From a virus (lineage: Duplodnaviria > Caudoviricetes), in IMG/VR virus record IMGVR_UViG_3300030330_005626, positions 1 through 64,000 of that record: a DNA stretch of 64,000 nucleotides. One strand, 5' to 3'. This document shows, in pieces, positions 56,630 to 64,000 of this stretch. A program made the position numbers and the translations under genes. The notes beneath the pieces are model-generated. The model saw only the letters and a list, made by a program, of their open reading frames with translations, made no database searches and had not been told where the DNA came from. How positions within the stretch are numbered: the first letter of the stretch is position 1; each line of letters opens with the position of its first letter.

Positions 56630-57544
56630 GTGGATAGCTTAGTTGAAATTTTAAACAAGCTAGGTTATACGAACTTAAAAAGTTCTGGCCCAGTATTTAG
56701 AACGAGACCATTGTATAGAGACTCTGGTAACGATCAAATTCTATGCATATTTAAAGATACTGGTTATTTCAAAGATCATGGAAGAGATGAATTTAAAGGG
56801 CCACTTGAGGAGCTAGTTAGGTTGACTCTTAACCTAAAATCCCATAAAGAAGCATGTGAATGGCTAGGCGTAGGCTACAAAAAAATAAACTATTCTCCTG
56901 TTGAAAAAGTAAAATACGTAGAGCAGGATAAAATTTTTTCAAATGAAAATTTAAATTTAATTACCAGCAACCACCAATACTGGAATAAAAGAGGCATATC
57001 AAATGAAACCATGAATCTCTTTAAAAGCGGATTAGATAATGGAACTGAGGGCGGTAAAATGCAGAACAGATATGTATTCCCTATATTTGACAGCAAACAC
57101 AACATAATTGGCATCTCTGGTAGAAAAATAGAAAAAGAATCAAAAAGACCCAAGTGGATTCATTATGGTAAAAAAAATAAATGGATTTACCCCGCGTTTA
57201 TAAATACCGATAGTATAAAATCTAAAAGCGAAATAATCCTTGTGGAAAGCATAGGCGACATGCTATCTTTATGGGAAGCTGGAATCACAAACTGCATAGT
57301 TCTTTTTGGTGTCAATTTAAGTGACTCAATATTGTTTTATATTCTAGGGTTAAGAGTTGAAAAAATTATTATCGCTTTAAATAACGATGGCGAGAATAAA
57401 GCTGGGAATACTGCTGCTAAAAAAATATTAGAAGATTTAAAATATTATTTTGATGAGTCACGCATAAGCATCGCGCTACCTGAAAAAAACGATTTTAACG
57501 AAATGACTAAAACAGAAATTTTAAGGTGGAGGGAAAATGTCTAA
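56630..57544 (+). CDS. dnaG: DNA primase (Toprim)
   Basis: R.VFPI, GISGR, LVESIGD, NND, DFNEM. Confidence 0.85.
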   Translation: MDSLVEILNKLGYTNLKSSGPVFRTRPLYRDSGNDQILCIFKDTGYFKDHGRDEFKGPLEELVRLTLNLKSHKEACEWLGVGYKKINYSPVEKVKYVEQDKIFSNENLNLITSNHQYWNKRGISNETMNLFKSGLDNGTEGGKMQNRYVFPIFDSKHNIIGISGRKIEKESKRPKWIHYGKKNKWIYPAFINTDSIKSKSEIILVESIGDMLSLWEAGITNCIVLFGVNLSDSILFYILGLRVEKIIIALNNDGENKAGNTAAKKILEDLKYYFDESRISIALPEKNDFNEMTKTEILRWRENV

Positions 57545-58619
57545 AGAACACATATTATCTGCGTCTAGAATAAAAACCTACGAAAGCTGCACTTGGAAAT
57601 ATTGGTGTGGCTACGTATTAAAGCTACCGAAAACAAAAAACGACGGTAACGTCAGAGGTTCAGCTTGCCACTTGATTCTAGAGCTTCTACTGAATAAAAG
57701 GCACAAGAAATATATTAAAAAAATAATTAAAGCAAGCACTATAAAAGTTATTCCCTCTATAGAAAGACTAGTAGCAAAATCTTTAAGAAATGAAGGCGAA
57801 GAGTTTCACACTGAAGAAAATTTAGAAATGTGTGATGACATGATAGTTGTTGGACTAACTATCGACGACTTCCTTGGGGGTAAAGGCGCAACAATAGACA
57901 AGCCAGAGGAAGAGTTTTTTCTAGACACTGTTGAAGACCCTGATAAGCCTAGCTACAAAATGATGGGGTATATAGATAAACCAGTTCAATTTAAAAGAGG
58001 TAAAAGACTCAAAATTATCGACTACAAAACCAACGCTAAACCTTTTGCGCCAGATGAAATAGACTACAACCCTCAAGCGTTCGCTTATTTACTAGCCGCG
58101 AAAAAAGTTTGGCCTAAGTTAACTGATACTTCTATCGAGTTTCATTTTTTAAGGTACCCAGAGAACCCCATAATTGAAATAAAATATACAGATGATCAAC
58201 TTGAAGGCTTTGAGTATTATTTAGAGCATTTGTACAATCTATTCAACAATTACACGGAGAAAGATGCTACAAGTAATTTCGCGAGAAATCGAGGATTTCC
58301 AGAGGATTCAGATAAAGAAGGGTTCGTTAAACGCCTGAATTGCGGATTTGCTGACTACGTGGGGCACAAAAAGAAAGATGGCAGCACTCGCTGGTTCTGT
58401 GAGTACAAGTTTGCTTACGACTACTATGCGGTAGTAGACAAAGAAGGAAACACGCTGTATAGCTCTAAAAATAAAAAAGACCTACAACCCAAAAGCGGTG
58501 AAAAAATAGTCAAAAAACACTATGCAGGTTGCCCAGCTTGGCCCGAACTAAACAAAGCCACAGATCAAAACCCAGAGGAAGATAAAGAAGATAATAACCC
58601 CGAAGACTTCCCTTTTTAA
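57537..58619 (+). CDS. PD-(D/E)XK RecB/Cas4-like exonuclease
   Basis: LSASRI..Y..C, G...H, GYID, IIDYKT, Q..Y. Confidence 0.8.
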   Translation: MSKEHILSASRIKTYESCTWKYWCGYVLKLPKTKNDGNVRGSACHLILELLLNKRHKKYIKKIIKASTIKVIPSIERLVAKSLRNEGEEFHTEENLEMCDDMIVVGLTIDDFLGGKGATIDKPEEEFFLDTVEDPDKPSYKMMGYIDKPVQFKRGKRLKIIDYKTNAKPFAPDEIDYNPQAFAYLLAAKKVWPKLTDTSIEFHFLRYPENPIIEIKYTDDQLEGFEYYLEHLYNLFNNYTEKDATSNFARNRGFPEDSDKEGFVKRLNCGFADYVGHKKKDGSTRWFCEYKFAYDYYAVVDKEGNTLYSSKNKKDLQPKSGEKIVKKHYAGCPAWPELNKATDQNPEEDKEDNNPEDFPF

Positions 58620-58654
58620 TTGACGTTTTTTAAAAAAAATAGTATCAATCTTCC

Positions 58655-59440
58655 ATGAGCGTTATACCTCTGTTTAAATCTCAGTACAGCATTGGTAAAT
58701 CAATTTTAACTTTACAAAAAGCTGGAGAGTCAATTAAAGATGGTCCAGACTCCATCATAGATATTTGCTTAGATAATAAACTAGATTCATTTTTTCTAAT
58801 CGACGATGGCATGTCTGGCTTTCTTGAGGGATATGTAAACTCAAAAGAATCCAAAGTAAAAATGATCTTTGGGCTTAGACTCACTATTTGCGAGGATATG
58901 GAGACGAAGAACGAGGAAAGTCTGAACTCGTGCTGTAAATATATAATTATAGCAAAGAATACTCAGGGGTATAAAAGACTCATCAAAATTTACTCCAAAG
59001 CAGCTACAGATGGTTTCTATTATGTACCCAGAATAGATTTTAAAAATCTTTCAGAATTTTGGGATGATAAAGATTTGCAATTAGTTGTACCGTTTTACGA
59101 TTCCTTTATACACAGAAATTATTTAGAGGATAGCTTGTGCCCACCCCCACCAACAAAATTTAAAATTGATTTTATAAAAGAGGATAATAACCTTCCATTC
59201 GATGATATTTTGTCTGAAAAAATAGACTCCTACATCAAAAAAACAAAATCCTCAAAAGGCTTCAATATAATTAAAGGGCAAAGTATTTTCTATAAAAATA
59301 AAAGGGACTTTAAAGCTTACTTAACGTTCAAGGCGATAAATGAAAGAACCACGCTTGGAAAACCAAATTTAGAACACATGGCTAGTGATGAATTTTGCTT
59401 TGAAAGCTGGATGGAGAAAAACAATGAAAAAACTTCTTAG
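58655..59440 (+). CDS. Stand-alone PHP domain of DNA polymerase III alpha
   Basis: F.SQYS, D..M.GF, IFGL, AKNTQGYKRLIKI.S.A...GFYY.PRID. Confidence 0.8.
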   Translation: MSVIPLFKSQYSIGKSILTLQKAGESIKDGPDSIIDICLDNKLDSFFLIDDGMSGFLEGYVNSKESKVKMIFGLRLTICEDMETKNEESLNSCCKYIIIAKNTQGYKRLIKIYSKAATDGFYYVPRIDFKNLSEFWDDKDLQLVVPFYDSFIHRNYLEDSLCPPPPTKFKIDFIKEDNNLPFDDILSEKIDSYIKKTKSSKGFNIIKGQSIFYKNKRDFKAYLTFKAINERTTLGKPNLEHMASDEFCFESWMEKNNEKTS

Positions 59441-60059
59441 GTACAACAAAGATAAAGAGTTTGTCTTTATAGACTGCGAAACGTTCAATTTGTGTTTGAA
59501 CTTTACGCACAATCTACCTTGGCAAATCTCAATGATAAAAGTTAAAGGTGATGAAATGATCGCCTTTAAGGATTTTTATATAAAGTGGGATACACACCTA
59601 AAGATTGGTGAAGAGGCCGCTAGAATAACCAGATACAGCCAAAAAAAGATGGATCAGAAAGGGGTGCCTCCCGAAAAAGTTTATCCGACTATTAAAGATT
59701 GGCTAGACAATGCAGATTACGTAGTAGGGCACAACATATTAGGTTTTGATATCTATTTAATTAAAGGCTTATATGAGTACATGGGCGACGATTATAAACC
59801 TTTAGTAAAAAAATTAATTGATACAAATTGCATCGCTAGAGGTTTAAAAACTGATAAAACATACGATAATAAATCAGATTTTCTTGAGTATCAATATAAA
59901 ATCATGAGCAAAAGAGTTAAAGGAGTAAGAACTAATCTTACCGCACTTGGTAAAGAATATAATATTTCTCATGATTACGAAAAACTTCATGATGCTCTAG
60001 TCGATTTAGAGTTAAACCTAAAAGTGTGGAACAAACTGAAGTGGGAAATTGATCTTTGA
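59424..60059 (+). CDS. DEDDh 3'-5' exonuclease (DnaQ-like)
   Basis: IDCET, GHNILGFD, LHDALVD. Confidence 0.85.
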   Translation: MKKLLRYNKDKEFVFIDCETFNLCLNFTHNLPWQISMIKVKGDEMIAFKDFYIKWDTHLKIGEEAARITRYSQKKMDQKGVPPEKVYPTIKDWLDNADYVVGHNILGFDIYLIKGLYEYMGDDYKPLVKKLIDTNCIARGLKTDKTYDNKSDFLEYQYKIMSKRVKGVRTNLTALGKEYNISHDYEKLHDALVDLELNLKVWNKLKWEIDL

Positions 60060-60919
60060 GTAAATTAGAGGACAATTTACTTCACATTCATTCACCGTGT
60101 GGTTTTTGGGGTGATCAAATGCTGTTTCTGTTTTCAGCTTATTACCACATGGAGAGTCAAAGAAAAGATGGCGTTATAATTCATACGGGTAAAGACCTAT
60201 GGAATACTCACGCTGGCGTATATAGCCCCGCTCAAAAAAACATTTTTCATTTTTGGAGTTGTTTTGATTTTGTAAAAGGCATAATCTTTGATATGAATCA
60301 AAGGGACTTAAATCAAGACGCTGAAAAAAGTTTATATAATGTTTTCCCATTATTGAATCATTATTATGAAGATGATAAATATAAATTAGATATAAGTAAA
60401 AAAATTAATTTTAATTTATTTCCAAGTAGATTTGAAAACACTTACACAAAAAAAATAGCAGTTTTTCAGCCTGTTTCCTTGGCGAATAAGCCAGAGCAGT
60501 TTAAGCAAGACTTTATATGCAAGTTGAGCGAAACAATTAAAATCGTTGCTGAAAAGGGTTATACGATAATTGCTATAGGGTCAGCTTCTGATAGAGAGCA
60601 TTACGAAGCTCTTTATCATGACACGCCTTATCAACGCAAAATAGTAGAATTGTTTGATAAAATCAATATGTTTCAAGCTATAGATTTAGTTATGAATCAC
60701 GCTGAACTTGTTGTGTCCTGCTGTAGCTGGTCTGGATGGTACGGCATAGCCTCAAGAACAAAAACTGTGATGGCTTTAGGCCCACTGATGGAAAAAGGAA
60801 AACGAGATGAAAAATACGTTAACTTAATGAAAAATAAAGACATATTTTTTATGGATTATTCCTCAAAAAAAGAGCAAACTGACCTTAGCATTTCTAATTG
60901 GATAGCAAATAACGTATGA
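60056..60919 (+). CDS. GT9 (heptosyltransferase)-like glycosyltransferase
   Basis: GFWGD, FQP, IG...D, A.LVV..S...IA....T. Confidence 0.5.
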   Translation: MSKLEDNLLHIHSPCGFWGDQMLFLFSAYYHMESQRKDGVIIHTGKDLWNTHAGVYSPAQKNIFHFWSCFDFVKGIIFDMNQRDLNQDAEKSLYNVFPLLNHYYEDDKYKLDISKKINFNLFPSRFENTYTKKIAVFQPVSLANKPEQFKQDFICKLSETIKIVAEKGYTIIAIGSASDREHYEALYHDTPYQRKIVELFDKINMFQAIDLVMNHAELVVSCCSWSGWYGIASRTKTVMALGPLMEKGKRDEKYVNLMKNKDIFFMDYSSKKEQTDLSISNWIANNV

Positions 60920-63546
60920 GCACTTATACTGACAACTTTGAAGAGCTTGATTTAAAACTTCACGGAGTTAGGTTGCCTAATTTTGAAATCACTAACACCC
61001 AAAAACAAGATGTAAAAATCAGTGAAGACTCAAATAATTTTTCCTTCCTTAGAGCTCTCTGCGAGAAAGGTATGCAAGATAAAAACCTAAAAGGTAAGGC
61101 ATATCAAGAGAGAATGGAATACGAGCTACAAACTCTGGAGGAGCTCGGATTTACTGATTATATTTTATTAGTTTGGGACGTTACCAACTTTTGCAAAAGA
61201 AATAAAATCGCCATTGGTCTAGGAAGAGGCAGCGCTGCGGGTTGTTTAGTTTTATATTTAATTGGTTCGACAAATATTGATCCAATCAAATATGAACTAT
61301 TTTTTGAAAGGTTTGTATCCAAGGTAAGAGCCAAAAAGAAAGTAGTAAACGGTGTAACTTACCTTGACGGCTCCTTAATGGTTGATGTTGACATTGATGT
61401 ATGCTATCACGGCAGACAAGAAGTGTTGAAATATTTAAATGAAAAATTCTCTGGTAAAACCAGCAAGGTATTAACCCTAACGACCCTAAGTTCTAAGCTC
61501 TTAATTAAAGAATGCGGTAAAATTATTGCGGAGGAAAACGAACAGGAGATGAACAAGGTGTCCGCGATGATCCCAAAAGTGTTTGGTTCTGTAAAAGACA
61601 TCTCGGAAACCTACGATGAAGTAGAAGAATTTAAAGAATGGGTTGACTCTTCAGAAATAAGAAAAGAAACATATAAGACCGCGTTAAAGATTAGAAATCT
61701 TGTAAAAAACAAAGGTATTCACGCTTCCGCTATTGCTATTTGTTATGACAATTTAGAAGACTCGTGCCCAAGCGAGCTAACCTCAGAGGATAAAGACAAA
61801 TCAAAGTCTAAGTCGTTTGCTAAAAAAGCTGTGGTATCTTCATACGAAATGGATTTTGTTTCCATTTCTAATGTCAAGTTGGATATCCTTGGCCTTAGGT
61901 GTGTGTCTGTGGTTGATGACGTTTGTAATTTAATTGGCATAGATAAAGAGGATATCAACCTGAACGACCCATTTATTTACCAAAATCTTCAAGACCTCAA
62001 AAATCCACATGGCTTATTTCAAATAGAAGCTGACACCAATTACAAAGTATGCCAAAAAGTAAAACCTAAAAATCTAGAAGAATTAAGTGGTGTGCTCGCT
62101 CTAGCTAGACCAGGTGCGCTTTCATACGTTGATCAATATGCGAACTACACCAACAATGGCGTTGAAGAGGCTATTCACCCATTCTTTGATGATATATTGT
62201 CTTACAGCGGTGGTGTAGCCCTATATCAAGAGCAGCTAATGAAAATGGCTCATAAAATTGGCTTTACCCTCGATGAAGCGGAAATACTTAGAAGAATCGT
62301 AGGTAAGAAAAAGGTATCAGAAGTAAAAAAGTGGAAAAAGAAGATTTCTGAAAAGATTAAACAAAATAATCTTGATGAAAAAATTGGTGAAGTCTTATGG
62401 AAAGTTTTAGAAGACTCAGCGAACTATTCTTTTAATAAGTCCCACTCAATTGCTTACGCTGCCTTGGCTGCTATTACTATCTACTTGAAGTTTAAATACC
62501 CAAAAGAGTTTTTCTTGGCTTTGCTTAAAATGAGTCGCTATGAATCGGAGCCTATAAAAGAGATATCTAAAATCAATAGAGAGATGAATGATGCTGGGGT
62601 CAAACTTTTACCACCCCACTTAATTAAGTCTGAAATGGATTTTTCTATTGAAGAAGAAGGAATTAGGTTTGGCTTGCTTTCAATTAAAGGCGTTTCAGAC
62701 AAGTCAATTGAGAAGCTAAATAAATTTAAAAATAGATACTCCACTAAGTTTCAAGTATTTGAAGCTGCAAGTAAGTCTGGTATTGGTATAGGAATCTTAT
62801 CCGCACTTATCCAAGCTGGTACGTTTGAAGGATTTTCTCAAAGTAGGACAACAGTTGTTTACGAAGCGCAAATATGGAGCATTTTAACTAAAACTGAAAA
62901 AACTTTAGTTCATAAGTTTGCAGAGAAGTTTGATTATGATTTAGTGAAGACTGTTAAATACTTGTATTCGAACTACGAAATTAAAAACGGAAAAGAAAAG
63001 CCGTATATAAAAGATTCAAGAAAGCAAACTATAAAAAAGAAAACAGAAAAGTATAGTTTAATTTATAAACAAAATAAAAAATCTGAAAGGTTTGCAAACT
63101 GGTTCTACGAAAACCAATTACTTGGCTATACTTACGGGGTTAGACTTATTGACATATGGAAAAATGTCACAAATAATCTTGTTACAATTAATACGGTAAA
63201 AAATTCCCCAATGGATAGCAGAGTTAAGTTCATTGGCTTTGTGGATGGCAAACCATACAGAGGCACATCTAGAAACGGTAACCCATATTTAAGACTTGAA
63301 GTTTCTGACGAAAATAAGCAAACTAAAGTTATGATCTTTAATGATAAAATGTGGAACGCGATTGGTAAAGACGCTAGAAACATGCCAAAGTCTGGAGAAA
63401 TAGTGATAGTAAAAGGCGTCGTAAAGGACGAGTGCGTATTCGCTGACGAAATGTACACTCAAAGAAAAAATAGCATATACACAAAGTTATCAGACTTGAA
63501 AGATAAAAACTTAAACAACTTGACAAATGAAAAAGATATCGTATAA
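60916..63546 (+). CDS. dnaE: DNA polymerase III alpha catalytic subunit lacking PHP domain
   Basis: GRGSAAG, LFFERF, DVDID, KLDILGL, YQEQ, YSFNKSH, IRFGL..IKG, OB fold. Confidence 0.93.
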   Translation: MSTYTDNFEELDLKLHGVRLPNFEITNTQKQDVKISEDSNNFSFLRALCEKGMQDKNLKGKAYQERMEYELQTLEELGFTDYILLVWDVTNFCKRNKIAIGLGRGSAAGCLVLYLIGSTNIDPIKYELFFERFVSKVRAKKKVVNGVTYLDGSLMVDVDIDVCYHGRQEVLKYLNEKFSGKTSKVLTLTTLSSKLLIKECGKIIAEENEQEMNKVSAMIPKVFGSVKDISETYDEVEEFKEWVDSSEIRKETYKTALKIRNLVKNKGIHASAIAICYDNLEDSCPSELTSEDKDKSKSKSFAKKAVVSSYEMDFVSISNVKLDILGLRCVSVVDDVCNLIGIDKEDINLNDPFIYQNLQDLKNPHGLFQIEADTNYKVCQKVKPKNLEELSGVLALARPGALSYVDQYANYTNNGVEEAIHPFFDDILSYSGGVALYQEQLMKMAHKIGFTLDEAEILRRIVGKKKVSEVKKWKKKISEKIKQNNLDEKIGEVLWKVLEDSANYSFNKSHSIAYAALAAITIYLKFKYPKEFFLALLKMSRYESEPIKEISKINREMNDAGVKLLPPHLIKSEMDFSIEEEGIRFGLLSIKGVSDKSIEKLNKFKNRYSTKFQVFEAASKSGIGIGILSALIQAGTFEGFSQSRTTVVYEAQIWSILTKTEKTLVHKFAEKFDYDLVKTVKYLYSNYEIKNGKEKPYIKDSRKQTIKKKTEKYSLIYKQNKKSERFANWFYENQLLGYTYGVRLIDIWKNVTNNLVTINTVKNSPMDSRVKFIGFVDGKPYRGTSRNGNPYLRLEVSDENKQTKVMIFNDKMWNAIGKDARNMPKSGEIVIVKGVVKDECVFADEMYTQRKNSIYTKLSDLKDKNLNNLTNEKDIV

Positions 63547-63555
63547 TTAAAAAAT

Positions 63556-64000
63556 ATGAGCTTACAATTTTATAAACCCAATCAAAAGTCTACTGGCACA
63601 GCTTGTTCATTCTGGAGAAATGCAGACGATAATACGTTCTGGGTAAGCCTTATTAAGCAAGACTCTTGGAACTCGAAAACTAAAACGGGCTCATTTTCTA
63701 AGAATAAAGACAACCCAAAAAAGAGAGCAATTATCAAATTTAGTGATTTAGAAATTGCTGGCGTTATTGACGCTATCGAAAGAAATGCTGAGTACAGCGG
63801 TTATCATGGTAGCCAAAAGCAAGTTGTAAAGTTCAACTTTAAACCTTACGTAAAAGACGGTAAACAGCTTGGTTACTCTTTCTCTGTTAATAGGGAAGAT
63901 AAAGAAGATTCCACAGAAAAGCAGAATTATCTTATCGGTTTTTACTACCCAGAAGCAATGAGACTCAAAATCTACCTTCAAACCATTCTTTCTGAGAGCT
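63556..64000 (+). CDS. Partial ORF (MSLQFYKPNQKSTGTACSF...), possible Whirly/PC4-like ssDNA-binding protein; runs off window
   Basis: TTGACA-N16-TATAAT-N8-ATG; open to window end; fold call is tentative. Confidence 0.6.
   Translation, partial: MSLQFYKPNQKSTGTACSFWRNADDNTFWVSLIKQDSWNSKTKTGSFSKNKDNPKKRAIIKFSDLEIAGVIDAIERNAEYSGYHGSQKQVVKFNFKPYVKDGKQLGYSFSVNREDKEDSTEKQNYLIGFYYPEAMRLKIYLQTILSES

Noticed and set aside
43791-63546. Inteins or introns in nrdA, recA, dnaB, dnaE
   Set aside because: Lengths are normal and no C...HN/C splice motifs or LAGLIDADG inserts were seen
63748-63981. 77-aa minus-strand ORF
   Set aside because: Antisense to a promoter-backed plus-strand ORF from 63556 that is open to the window end
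1-64000. CRISPR array or Cas system (Cas4-like gene at 57537)
   Set aside because: No repeat-spacer array seen; the nuclease sits in the replication cluster as is common in phages
1-64000. Stop-codon reassignment
   Set aside because: Long genes are intact in the standard code, TAA/TAG/TGA all end genes, and there is no suppressor tRNA

Overview
A 64-kb segment of a large, AT-rich dsDNA bacteriophage (jumbo/huge-phage type). No structural genes, rRNA or CRISPR array are visible. Positions 1-38.3 kb are mostly minus-strand: many small early/accessory ORFs, plus RuvB, UvsE, two sigma factors, ThyX, a DNA methyltransferase, ferredoxin, dUTPase, Hsp20, dCMP deaminase and 4 tRNAs. From 38.4 kb the genes are plus-strand: glycosyltransferases and sugar-nucleotide enzymes, NrdAB, RecA, tmRNA, DnaB, DnaG and a split DnaE with DnaQ. 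The ferredoxin type, tyrosine-less NrdB, sigma54 sites and leaderless genes loosely suggest a PVC-superphylum (e.g. Verrucomicrobia) host; this is inference. Main items to follow up: (1) five intergenic structured-RNA candidates, including one of about 520 nt; (2) two palindromic double sigma54-like sites bracketing that RNA, with a helically phased TATTT array next to one; (3) a plus-strand island (Arg/Leu-tRNA-protein transferase-like, DUF1415-like, PAP2, SET, AdoMetDC-like) together with a tmRNA carrying a 31-codon tag; (4) an identical N-terminal leader MKEFEIDFT on two unrelated proteins; (5) two classes of leaderless promoter; (6) tRNA genes that contain the stop codons of upstream ORFs. 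All product calls come from motif recognition by eye; no searches were run.
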